Below, in pieces: positions 32,193 to 41,313 of a stretch of DNA of 41,548 bases; the stretch's first letter is position 1; each line of letters begins with the position of its first letter. Source of the stretch: a virus (Duplodnaviria > Caudoviricetes). A program made the translations under genes and the position numbers. The stretch is from IMG/VR virus record IMGVR_UViG_3300044771_000029, positions 1 to 41,548 of that record; one strand, given 5' to 3'. Under the pieces are notes generated by a model. The model ran no database searches. It worked only from the letters and a program-made list of their open reading frames with translations, and was not told the DNA's origin.

Positions 32193-33809
32193 TCAAGCTA
32201 CCTTTCTGATGAAACGGTCAGGGAAGGGGATTATAATGAATTTGGTTCGTAGCAAGAACCGGTCGGGGAGCCAGTTTTCTTTACTATGAACCGTGTCGAC
32301 ACCGGCACGGTTCATTACTTTTGAGCGGTCGTAGTAGATCACCGCTCCGTCGGCGTTCACTTCCACCTTTTCGATGAAGGTGGAGAAGAATTGGCGCAGG
32401 CGTTTTGCGTCGTCCGTGGTCGCCACGATCTCCCTCATCAGTTCGGTCATCTGTTGGATCTCGATATCACCTATCGAGACATCCGGCATCTCTTCTTCCT
32501 CAAGCCGCACCAGCTTTTCCTCGAACTGGTCTCGCTGCGCCTTGAGTTCGCGCATTCTGATGGTCAGGTCTCCCAGGTTGGGGGCGTCTTTGCCGTGCAG
32601 CTCCAGCACGGAATACAGGTTCTGCAGCTTGGTTTCGGTGTCGCGCAGGTCTTTAACGGTATCGGCGCGGCGGGCTGCGCGCTCTTTTATCCACTTTCCG
32701 GTGAGTTCATGCATGTCGTTGATCATTTCGGTGATGGATTCCTTGGAAAGGATCCGGCTCATCACGGAATCGACCAGCCATGCGTCGAACTCTGGCGCGG
32801 ATATGCGTCTGGAGCTGCATCCGGTGCCTTTCTGGCTGGCGCTGCAGTTGTAGTAGTGGTAATAGCGCCCGCGCCCCTTGGCGCTCTCGATCTGCAGGGA
32901 TGCGCCGCATTTTCCGCACTTGAGCAGGCCGGTGAACACGAATCCGCTGTGCGGGGACCCTCCGCCGTCGCATGGCGCGCGGCCTTCGATCAGTTTTTGC
33001 GCTTCCATGAATATCTCCTCGTCGATAATTGGCTCGTGGCTCTTGGTGATGATCCATTCCTCGCGCGGGCGCGCGGCGCCGGTTGTGTTGTTTGTCCGGT
33101 TGAATACGACGTGCCCGGTGTAGATCATGTTCCGCAGCAGGTTGAGGATGGTGCTTTTGCTCCACTTCCTGCCCCTGTTCAGCCGTCCTTGCAGGTTCAA
33201 TACCGTGGCGATGGTCTTTGCACCGTCACCGCCGATGTAGATCGCGAAAATATCGCGCACCAGCACCACCTCTGACTCGTTGATCTCCAGGCGCTTGCGC
33301 TTGCCGTCCAGCACAGTGGAAAAGCCAAGCGGGACGCGCCCGCCGTTGAAGTGCCCATCGCTGGCGTTCTTGATCATGCTGCGCAGGGTGTCGCTGCTCA
33401 CCTGGCGGCTGTAATGCTCGTCGAAAATCTCCATCATCGACTCCAGCATCCAGCCGGAGTCGGTGCGGTTGTCTAAATCCACACTAACGTAGACCACTCG
33501 CGTGCCTGATTTCTCCAGCTCGCGCTTGTATAGGGCGGCGTCCAGCTTGTTGCGGGCGAAGCGGGATGTACTCCAGCAGATGAAGAACTGCACTCCATGG
33601 GCCTTGCAGTAGCGCACAGCGTCCTGGAAGGCCGGTCGCTCGTCGGTGCGGCCTGATATCCCCGCATCGGTGAACACGCGCAGCACGTCGGCGTCCAGCA
33701 GCAGCGCCTTGCTATGCCCGCGCTCGATCTGGCTATCGACCGGAAGCCCGTCGTCGGCTTGGCGCTGGGTTGAAACCCGCGCGTAGATGATTGCTGTTGG
33801 TTTGGACAT
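32193..33809 (-). CDS. Large serine recombinase (integrase)
   Basis: YARVST..Q catalytic motif, SG....RP, SRFARN, recombinase domain, Zn ribbon (CGKCG...YYNC....C) and coiled coil. Confidence 0.95.
   Translation of the reverse strand: MSKPTAIIYARVSTQRQADDGLPVDSQIERGHSKALLLDADVLRVFTDAGISGRTDERPAFQDAVRYCKAHGVQFFICWSTSRFARNKLDAALYKRELEKSGTRVVYVSVDLDNRTDSGWMLESMMEIFDEHYSRQVSSDTLRSMIKNASDGHFNGGRVPLGFSTVLDGKRKRLEINESEVVLVRDIFAIYIGGDGAKTIATVLNLQGRLNRGRKWSKSTILNLLRNMIYTGHVVFNRTNNTTGAARPREEWIITKSHEPIIDEEIFMEAQKLIEGRAPCDGGGSPHSGFVFTGLLKCGKCGASLQIESAKGRGRYYHYYNCSASQKGTGCSSRRISAPEFDAWLVDSVMSRILSKESITEMINDMHELTGKWIKERAARRADTVKDLRDTETKLQNLYSVLELHGKDAPNLGDLTIRMRELKAQRDQFEEKLVRLEEEEMPDVSIGDIEIQQMTELMREIVATTDDAKRLRQFFSTFIEKVEVNADGAVIYYDRSKVMNRAGVDTVHSKENWLPDRFLLRTKFIIIPFPDRFIRKVA
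32261..32273 (+). other. Candidate attP core resembling a tRNA 3' end (tRNA-Asn-like)
   Basis: GGTCGGGGAGCCA ending in CCA, with GGTTCG at 32244-32249 but no full cloverleaf. It lies inside the integrase 3' end (WLPD). Confidence 0.55.
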
Positions 33810-33817
33810 GGTCGATT

Positions 33818-34327
33818 CTATTCCGGCTGCACCAAGCGTGAAATGTGACGAATGCTGATGTGTTCACAGAGCTGGTCCTTGAGCTTCTGTTGTATTTCTG
33901 GTGGTTTCATCCCCATAGCGTCAAGGGACTCAACATAGCGGTTGCGTTGGTAACGAAGGAACGCGCTGTAGCAGCGAATTGGGATCATCAGTCGCCCGTC
34001 CTCACCCTTGCGGGAGTGCGCCGACGAGCTCGCATCCAGAATGCGCCATACTTTTAAAAAATCATCAACACCAATAGCATCAGCAACATCAAGCCATTCG
34101 CGCTGTAATCCCATCTCTTTCAACTCAATAAGTCGCGGGTCGCGTTTTTTTTCGGCGGCGTTTTGGTCAAAGTTTAGAACAGTGCATTTATTCTGGTACC
34201 CACCCCCCCTATGGGATGGACCTGGGGAAGCCTGCCGACCCCCCACCCCTCCGAACATGTCATGGGTAAGTGGACACCGGCTGGCAGTTCCCTGCTCTGA
34301 ACTTCGCTTTCCTCTCTTCCTGCTCAT
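33818..34327 (-). CDS. Mor/C-like late transcription activator
   Basis: VA..IG.D.FL.VW...L.IP......RNR.......G....I......S.RHI.RL pattern. Start codon uncertain. Confidence 0.65.
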   Translation of the reverse strand: MSRKRGKRSSEQGTASRCPLTHDMFGGVGGRQASPGPSHRGGGYQNKCTVLNFDQNAAEKKRDPRLIELKEMGLQREWLDVADAIGVDDFLKVWRILDASSSAHSRKGEDGRLMIPIRCYSAFLRYQRNRYVESLDAMGMKPPEIQQKLKDQLCEHISIRHISRLVQPE

Positions 34328-34385
34328 CTCTTCCCCCTTATTGTTACGTCCTGAACTTCGCTTTCTGGCTAGATCACGAAGTTCA
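34297..34385. repeat. TGAACTTCG repeat cluster (two direct, one inverted)
   Basis: CTGAACTTCGCTTTC at 34297-34311 and 34351-34365, CGAAGTTCA at 34377-34385. Confidence 0.7.
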
Positions 34386-34566
34386 AACAGTTGCGTGATA
34401 CAGCTTGATTTAGCCCGATATCGTGACGAGTTGCCGACAGTGCACTGGCGTACAGCTTTGCCTAATACCTGACGGCTTCCCCTCTCTTCAAACATAGTTC
34501 AGTGGTGCCCCTACTGTGAGTTGCGTCCGGCTATAACGACTCGAATGCGTTGATCGATGCATGGTG

Positions 34567-35568
34567 TCAGCCCTTCTTGCCCAACTGCTTTAAGAGGTCG
34601 CTCACTGGCGTGTGCATGTTGGCCAGAGGATTGGCGCGGTCCATCTCTCTGGTCAGCTTGCGCCTGGCTGTATGGTTGTAGATCGCCGTGCTCTTGGCGT
34701 CGGCATGCCCCATAAGCTGCTGTGCATGCAGCATGTGCACGTCGTTCTCAATGAGCTCAGTGCCAAACAGGTGGCGCATTGCGTGTGGGTGCAGCTGCTC
34801 TTGGGATACACCCTGCCGTCTGCCATATCGTGAAACCATGTCCCAGATCGATCTACGCCCCATCCGGCGCCGCTCTCCTCTGTACTCATCAATCGTGCAG
34901 GTGCGGTTCATCGTGCTGATGAACAGCACCTGGTCACCGTCTGGCAGGGTGCGATCGATGCCAGCCAAGTCCTCATGCCCCATATAGATGCGCAGCAGCA
35001 TGTCTGCCTGAATCGGAATTGGGATCAAGCGCTCCTTGTTCCCCTTCTCCAGCACCTTCAGGGTGAGGCGCACCTTTCCGTCCAGCTCGTCCTCGATCAC
35101 GTTGCTCACATTCAGCATGGAAAGGCCTGATGCCCGCAGGCCGCAGCCAATCAGCAGCCCCAGCATCGCCGCGTCGCGCACTCCCTCAAATGTGGTGAAG
35201 TCCGGCGCCCACATCATCTTCTCCGCGCTGGCCATGGTCATCACGCGCGGGATCTTCCGCCCGGTCTTTGGGTAAGGGACGCCGGCCGCCGGGTTACCCT
35301 TGATGTGCTTATTGTTCAGCAGCCAGCTGTAGAACTCGCGGATGGCGGCTACGTGTGGTCGACGGCTCAGCGGATCCGTGAGGCCGCGCTTGTGCAGCCA
35401 GATGCCGGAGAACACCACCAGATCGTCGTGAGTGGCCTGCAGCGGATCGCGGTCGCCGAAGTACTCGACCAGGCGATTCAGCGCCAGCCGGTACACCTGC
35501 ACTGTTCGCTCTGATCGTCCGGCGTTGTGTTGCTTGAATTCCAGAAAACTATTGATCAAATCGTCCAT
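34567..35568 (-). CDS. XerC/D-like tyrosine recombinase
   Basis: N-terminal core-binding domain (S..T...Y) plus GLRASG, KGNKER, HAMRH, MGH and IY motifs. Confidence 0.92.
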   Translation of the reverse strand: MDDLINSFLEFKQHNAGRSERTVQVYRLALNRLVEYFGDRDPLQATHDDLVVFSGIWLHKRGLTDPLSRRPHVAAIREFYSWLLNNKHIKGNPAAGVPYPKTGRKIPRVMTMASAEKMMWAPDFTTFEGVRDAAMLGLLIGCGLRASGLSMLNVSNVIEDELDGKVRLTLKVLEKGNKERLIPIPIQADMLLRIYMGHEDLAGIDRTLPDGDQVLFISTMNRTCTIDEYRGERRRMGRRSIWDMVSRYGRRQGVSQEQLHPHAMRHLFGTELIENDVHMLHAQQLMGHADAKSTAIYNHTARRKLTREMDRANPLANMHTPVSDLLKQLGKKG

Positions 35569-35595
35569 TTTTTCACCCATACACCTTTCCACAAC

Positions 35596-35862
35596 TTGCA
35601 CCCTTGCACCCAAATCGGCTGAAACCCGCGCCGTTATTGGGTTTGACCTTGGGTGCAAGTGATTTGGTCACCTGCACCCAATCACTTGCACCCTGAAACA
35701 AACATCCAATAAAACAACATATTGGAGGGTGCAAGATGGTTTTGAGTAAAAGCCAACTTGCACCCATCTTGCACCCGAGGCACCCAACTTGCACCCTCAC
35801 TTGCACCCAAATATATATAAATAAAATCAATAATTTAATATCATTTGGGTGCAAGGGTGCAA
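35596..35862. repeat. Putative replication origin: TTGCACCC octamer array around an AT-rich tract
   Basis: Eleven perfect octamers (7 direct, 4 inverted) and 2 variants. AT-rich core at 35809-35846. Confidence 0.8.
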
Positions 35863-36090
35863 GTGCTGGAGAGATATTAGGGTTTGGCCTCAAAAACAGG
35901 CCAAAAAAAGTGGAAAAAGACGCGGCGACCCCCTCCACCCGCTTAAATGCATGCCGCGCCTTCGGCGCGGGAGAGATGCTTCCGCATGGGTTTTGGGTGC
36001 GCCGGTGGGTATTACTGTGTGAGCTTCCTGGGGATAGGAAAAGGTACCAAGGTAGTATGAAAAACGGCTTAAATCGCATTGTGGTGGTCA

Positions 36091-37131
36091 TCATGTGAAT
36101 ACCAGCGAGGTCTGCGCTGTCCTTTCGTTTTGGAGTGAGGCATAAGATCGATTCAATTCACAACCGATCCATTTACGCCCCAGGTTTTGTGCAACCTCCC
36201 CGGTTGTACCGCTGCCAATGAAGGGATCAAGCACGATGTCATTAACTCGAGATCCGGCGAGGATGCATGGTTCAATAAGCGCCGGAGGGAAGGTGGCAAA
36301 GTGCGCGCCTTTATAGGGTACGGTCGGCACCGTCCAAACGCTGCGGCGGTTCCGCGTTGCCGTGTCCCATTCACTTTCGTCGCGGTCGGGCCGGTGAGTT
36401 CCTGCCTTTTGGCCGGGTATCACTTCAGCCCGCTTGCTGTCCTGGCGCTTAAAGCTGTCTCGCCTGCTGCGTGGTCCGCCTACGGCCTTCATGTTGCCGT
36501 TCGTTTTACCGGGTACGCGGTCGCTTCCGGTTTGGTCTTCGACATTCTGCGCCCACCGCTCAAGCGAAGCTGGTGCCGCTTGTTCGCGCATTGCTTCTGC
36601 GTCCCAGTAATACCGCTCGTTCTTGCTCAACAGAAACAGGTATTCATGCGCCTTGGTGCATCGGTCTGTCACACTCTCTGGCATCGGGTTCGGCTTGTGC
36701 CAGATGATGTCCTGGCGCAGATACCAACCATGAGCGCGAAGGGCAAAGGCAAGCATCCAAGGAATACCAATTAGGTCTTTGTGTTTTATTCCATTTGGAG
36801 GTTTTACACATCTCCGTTGAGATTCATGCATGTGTGCAATCGATCTACTCCTTTTATCTGCTGTGTTGTCTGTTGTACCGCCCGGTCTAGCGTAGCTGTC
36901 ACCAATGTTCAACCACAAAACACCATCATCGGCCAGTAGTTGCCGCACTAGACTGAACACTTCAACCATTGAATCCACGTACTCAGATGGCGTGCTTTCC
37001 ATCCCGAGTTGACCAGGGTGCCCGTAATCGCGCAGTCCGTAGTATGGCGGTGAGGTCACGCACATCTGCACCTTCACGCCCTGCGCTATCATGTTGCGCA
37101 TGGTGTCTCGACAATCCCCGAAATAAATCAC
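36091..37131 (-). CDS. Amino (N4-C/N6-A) DNA methyltransferase, beta class
   Basis: TSPPY precedes HFATFP and DPFIGSGTT. GTG start coupled to the primase stop, GGAGGA RBS. Confidence 0.93.
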   Translation of the reverse strand: MIYFGDCRDTMRNMIAQGVKVQMCVTSPPYYGLRDYGHPGQLGMESTPSEYVDSMVEVFSLVRQLLADDGVLWLNIGDSYARPGGTTDNTADKRSRSIAHMHESQRRCVKPPNGIKHKDLIGIPWMLAFALRAHGWYLRQDIIWHKPNPMPESVTDRCTKAHEYLFLLSKNERYYWDAEAMREQAAPASLERWAQNVEDQTGSDRVPGKTNGNMKAVGGPRSRRDSFKRQDSKRAEVIPGQKAGTHRPDRDESEWDTATRNRRSVWTVPTVPYKGAHFATFPPALIEPCILAGSRVNDIVLDPFIGSGTTGEVAQNLGRKWIGCELNRSYASLQNERTAQTSLVFT

Positions 37132-40100
37132 TCCTCCCCCCCATCCGTCCACCGCCACCTCGTAATCCGATTGCCATGCACCACCTTTATCTGTTCCATC
37201 TCCCACCCCGCCCGCTTCAACGTGTCCATTTCGTTCGTGACCCGCACGCCTAGCTGTTTGGCGTTGGTGAACGGCACCTTGACGCCGTATTCGCGACCGT
37301 AGCGGTTCAGCATGGACAGAAGATCGGCTGTGCTCGCTTCGAAATAGAACGTCTGCCTGGTCTTTAACGGGTTTGTTTCACCGGGTACCTCTTCCCGCCA
37401 CACCACCACGCCCATCAGCTCACACCATAGCTTCTTCTGGTTGTGGCCAAACAACCCATCGGCGACCACTGCCTCGGCTTCCTTGCGGCTGTAGTCGATC
37501 AGGAACACGCGGCGCAGGCCGTCGATGAGTTGCAACACGGCGTTGGTGCCTTGCTCGATCAGACGGCTGTGCTCGTTCTGGTACTTCACCCAGGCATCCA
37601 GCAGCACGTATTCCGGCGCGCGATCGCCTGCGTCCAGCTTCATTTCGTTGGTCAGCGGCATGTATTTCAGCAGCGCGCGGGCGATGAGCACCAGCAGCGC
37701 CATGTACTCGGAAACGCGGTCCTTGCTGAAGTCTTTATGGTGCTCGCGGATGTACTGGATGATCTTGCCGCGGTCGCCCAGGCTTGGAAGCACCTTCTCG
37801 GACAGCAACAGCAGCCAGGAAGACAGGATGTCGTCGCGCTTGGCCAGCAGCACCCGGGCGTTTTCATCTTTCACAAAGTCCATGCGCTGGTAACGCTTGT
37901 GGAAATCGATGATGAACGCCCGGTTGATCAGCTCCGGCTTGCTGAAAGGCTCGATGGCGGTGATCGCCACTAGGCAGTTGATCTTCTCGGTCACCACTCC
38001 GCTTTGCGTGCCCTGCTCGCGCTTGATGTTGGTGGCGCCGGTGGCGGCCAGCAGCAGGAAGTTGAGCGCGTTGCGGTGCAGGTCGTCGGTTTCGAGGTTG
38101 TCCTTGATGATCAGCGGCTCGGTGGCCGCCATGGAGTAGTCGGAGGCGGTGGACGATCTGCCCACCATGTTCTCGCCGTAGAGCAGCAGGGAAAGTACCT
38201 CGGCGGCGGAAGTCTTGCCGGATCCGGAGCCGCCTTCCAGTTTCATCAACGCCTTGGCCGAGGTCAGCGGCATCAGGAAGGCAGACAAAGCCCACGCCAG
38301 CACCAGATAGCGCTGCGAAGGGTCGCAGGCCATGCTATCCAGCACCAGCGCCTTCATCTCGCGCATCGCCTGGCCGATGTTCACGTCCGGATCGTAGCGG
38401 AACGACTTCATCTGGCTGGACTCGGCCAGCAGCACATTGTGCGGATTGGTGCCGTTTTCGGCGATGTCCACGCCATCGCACGACACCTTCAGGATGCGAT
38501 TGGCTGCGTCTTTCAGGTTCAGATAGAGCACCGGCCCGGTCTCGTCCGCCAGCAGCGATATCCAGCCGAATTCAGAGAGCTTATCGCCCCGGCTGTAGGT
38601 CAGCGCCTTCAACTCCTCAAGGATGAAGCCGCTCACCTCCTGTTTGATGTTAAGCCCAGCCTCGCGGTGCATCAGCGCCTTGAAAGGCACGTTGTCGCCG
38701 ATGGTGTAGATGGTGTGCCGGTAAAACAGGCACAGCCGGTCGCCGCTTACAAAGAAGCGCCCGCGCTGGCGGAAATAGTCCCACACCGCCACCGAACAGG
38801 TCTTTTTGTATCCGTCCGACTTGCCCGATCCGTTGTAACTGTCCAGCACCGCCGTCAACTGTTCCAGCAGGCCGTAGCTTTCCTTCACCCCGGACATCAC
38901 CGCATCGCGCGAGAAGCCCAGCTTCTGCATCTCCACGATCACCGCGTCGCGCTGCAGCTCCTCCAGCAGCGAAAGGTATTCGAAGAACTCGATCTCGGTC
39001 AGGTAACGCAGGCAAGAATCGGCATCCTCGCGCACGTCTGCCGGCATCACCCGCAGTTCCCACAACAGCGGGTTCATTGCCTTCTTCAGCGCCGCCTGAA
39101 TGCGCTTTGGCGCGCTCTCCATGTCCTTCTGTATCCAATCGTCCGGATCCTCGCCCGGCTCCATCAGGCCGCTGGCAACCATCACCTTGCAGTCCGGATT
39201 GCGCAGCAGCCGCTGGTACATCTTGCGGGTGTACTTCATCCCGGCGGGCGGTTGCCCCTTGTCGCCCCACTTCGTGTCGTAGTCGAACCAGGTGATCACC
39301 GTCTTTCCGCTGGCTTGGGTATCCATCCAGCGCATCTGCTCATCCGACAATTGACCCAGGCTGGCCAGCGCGTTTTTCACCCCGGCGTCGAACATCGATG
39401 CCAGATCATTCTCGCCTTCCAGCAGGATCACCGTCTCCGACCGGATCGCCTTCTGGTTGCCCCACAAGAAGCCATCCATGCGGTTCTCGGCGCGCAACTG
39501 GTAGTCCAGCTTCTTCTTCGGGTCTTTAAGCGTGAAATGCGCCACCTCGCCGGATGGCAGGCGGTGCGGGAAGATCACCAGCCCGGGAACAAAGAAATCG
39601 CGCCACTCGCCGGGGGTTTTCTTGCTCTCGACGTACAGGCCTGCCGCCTTCACATCGTCCAGCGAAATACCCTGCTTGCCCAGCGCCTCGGCCAGCTTGC
39701 CATCGGAACAACCGATCTCCATTGTCTGGATCGTGGTCACCTTGTGCCCACGCCCGGCGGGCTTGGCGGCTGTGAGCCACTCCATCACATCGGCGCGCTC
39801 AGCCAGGGAAGACTGGTAATGCTTGATCGCGGCCTCCAGAACGGTCTGTAGGCGGTTTTCAGGCTTGGGTTTGGCATCTGGTGAGGCGGTTTTATGCAGG
39901 TCTGGCAGCGTCACGCCTGCCCAGTCGGCCACGTAGCGCAGGGCGGCTCCTTTATCCATGCCTTGCACATCTTCGGCATAGTTAAAAACATCACCGACAA
40001 CCCCGCACGACTGGCACTTGAAGGCCGTATCGTCTTTCCATAAATGGAAGCATTCGTTGTGGCTACAGCACGGAGCAGGTTCAAAAAATACCGACGAACC

Positions 40101-40208
40101 CTTCTTTACGCGCTTTGATGATGCTTGGCTTTCGATGTAATCGGCGAGATCAACTGCACGTTTCACATTTTGAAATGTGTCAGAGGTATTGTTGGCAGCC
40201 TGCTGCAT
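37128..40208 (-). CDS. Primase-helicase replication protein (Zn finger, TOPRIM, P-loop NTPase)
   Basis: C..H...F.C..CG..GDVF zinc finger, EGEND and FDYD TOPRIM motifs, GGSGSGKT Walker A. Confidence 0.9.
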   Translation of the reverse strand: MQQAANNTSDTFQNVKRAVDLADYIESQASSKRVKKGSSVFFEPAPCCSHNECFHLWKDDTAFKCQSCGVVGDVFNYAEDVQGMDKGAALRYVADWAGVTLPDLHKTASPDAKPKPENRLQTVLEAAIKHYQSSLAERADVMEWLTAAKPAGRGHKVTTIQTMEIGCSDGKLAEALGKQGISLDDVKAAGLYVESKKTPGEWRDFFVPGLVIFPHRLPSGEVAHFTLKDPKKKLDYQLRAENRMDGFLWGNQKAIRSETVILLEGENDLASMFDAGVKNALASLGQLSDEQMRWMDTQASGKTVITWFDYDTKWGDKGQPPAGMKYTRKMYQRLLRNPDCKVMVASGLMEPGEDPDDWIQKDMESAPKRIQAALKKAMNPLLWELRVMPADVREDADSCLRYLTEIEFFEYLSLLEELQRDAVIVEMQKLGFSRDAVMSGVKESYGLLEQLTAVLDSYNGSGKSDGYKKTCSVAVWDYFRQRGRFFVSGDRLCLFYRHTIYTIGDNVPFKALMHREAGLNIKQEVSGFILEELKALTYSRGDKLSEFGWISLLADETGPVLYLNLKDAANRILKVSCDGVDIAENGTNPHNVLLAESSQMKSFRYDPDVNIGQAMREMKALVLDSMACDPSQRYLVLAWALSAFLMPLTSAKALMKLEGGSGSGKTSAAEVLSLLLYGENMVGRSSTASDYSMAATEPLIIKDNLETDDLHRNALNFLLLAATGATNIKREQGTQSGVVTEKINCLVAITAIEPFSKPELINRAFIIDFHKRYQRMDFVKDENARVLLAKRDDILSSWLLLLSEKVLPSLGDRGKIIQYIREHHKDFSKDRVSEYMALLVLIARALLKYMPLTNEMKLDAGDRAPEYVLLDAWVKYQNEHSRLIEQGTNAVLQLIDGLRRVFLIDYSRKEAEAVVADGLFGHNQKKLWCELMGVVVWREEVPGETNPLKTRQTFYFEASTADLLSMLNRYGREYGVKVPFTNAKQLGVRVTNEMDTLKRAGWEMEQIKVVHGNRITRWRWTDGGEE

Positions 40209-40291
40209 ATTGTTTGTCCCTGTTGATTCGTTTTCAAACCCACTCGGCCTCGCCCAGCCGGTTGGTGCTGTTCTGTTATTTGTTTTACTGA

Positions 40292-40981
40292 TTAGTATTC
40301 AGCGGAAAAACTTTGGGCCAATCGATCATCAAAAGCATCATCTGACTTATCCCGCAGGAAAGTCTCGATATAGCTGTCCGTTTCTGATTCCAGCAGGATA
40401 TGCGTGGCGCAGGTCCAAGCCTTTGCCTCATCCTTTGCTTCCGGAGTCATCTTCTCGTGTGAATCGATGGATGCGAGGTGTGGGCATGCCCGGCATTCCT
40501 TACCCAGAGCGCACCTCAAGTGATTGTCAGGAAGTTGAACACCCGGGCGTGGATCGTGCCCGCACATCTTGAAGCTACTGCTCAGCTGCTTTTTCCGCTC
40601 ATACTCAAATAGCATGATCATTCGCGGCACCTCATCTGCAACCCGCTTGGCGGTGTACATCCATCCAACCGATGGCATCCGATCCTTTCGCTCCGCATCG
40701 CTGTATGCATTGATAGCGACATGCCATTCATGGTCGCCACATCCGCTGTGATAAGTCCCCCCCTGGTACCGCTCCAACTTGAAACCGCGCATATACTCAG
40801 ATCCTTCCTTGCGCTTGTCGTTGGCCAATCCAAGCTGGCTGGAGTATCGGCGCAGCTCAACACCAGCATCGAGGCGGTCCCGTTGCTCTTGGGTAAATTC
40901 ATCCCTATCTAAAGCTGACCTGCGCCACAGTTGTTCATGGTCGATTCGATCTGCCAATTCTTTCAATTGCTCTGGTTTCAT
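40292..40981 (-). CDS. Hypothetical protein with Cys/His-rich C-terminus
   Basis: AGGAG RBS. L.C.LG..C..C..L and WTC..H motifs. Confidence 0.75.
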   Translation of the reverse strand: MKPEQLKELADRIDHEQLWRRSALDRDEFTQEQRDRLDAGVELRRYSSQLGLANDKRKEGSEYMRGFKLERYQGGTYHSGCGDHEWHVAINAYSDAERKDRMPSVGWMYTAKRVADEVPRMIMLFEYERKKQLSSSFKMCGHDPRPGVQLPDNHLRCALGKECRACPHLASIDSHEKMTPEAKDEAKAWTCATHILLESETDSYIETFLRDKSDDAFDDRLAQSFSAEY

Positions 40982-41289
40982 TTCGTTCTCCTACCGGTGA
41001 TCTCAACTGCTTTTGCATACTGCTTGGTTGAGATAGCCCGACTGTCAAATGAGAGGCGAAGCAGCAGATTCGCTACCTCAAGGCGTTCGAGCAGTTCGTC
41101 GAGATAGGGAGTCTTGTCACGCGCACAATTCGCGCGGAACACGAGCATCACAATCTCGACTGACTCACTGGAGATTTTCACGCCAACGGCCTGCTTGAAG
41201 TCACGAGGCATGTTCTTGACCAACTCAGTGACAACCCTGAGCAGGTCATAGGCCATTTTGTAAATCGGCAAAGTGGTGTGGAGTGCCAT
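40978..41289 (-). CDS. avd: DGR accessory variability determinant (Avd-like four-helix bundle), apparently C-terminally truncated
   Basis: LPIYK.AYDL......MPRDFK..G...I..FRAN...LLRL..D..IS..QY pattern, directly downstream of a VR gene. The usual final G.....W helix is missing. Confidence 0.82.
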   Translation of the reverse strand: MALHTTLPIYKMAYDLLRVVTELVKNMPRDFKQAVGVKISSESVEIVMLVFRANCARDKTPYLDELLERLEVANLLLRLSFDSRAISTKQYAKAVEITGRRTK

Positions 41290-41313
41290 GCTGATGAAAA
41301 CCAAATAATTAAA

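Noticed and set aside
32244-32273. Complete tRNA gene
   Set aside because: Only a 3'-end-like fragment is present, with no D or anticodon arm.
35596-35862. Short repeats as a CRISPR array
   Set aside because: The units are 8 bp, in mixed orientation and irregularly spaced, with no cas genes. An origin fits better.
35891-35913. CAAAAACAGGC...AAAGTGG as a fourth late promoter
   Set aside because: It is only a partial match with altered spacing, and no late gene follows.
35573-36098. ORFs 35573-36094 (-) and 35736-36098 (+)
   Set aside because: The translations just mirror the octamer repeats (VQV, LAP, CT), so they are likely non-coding.
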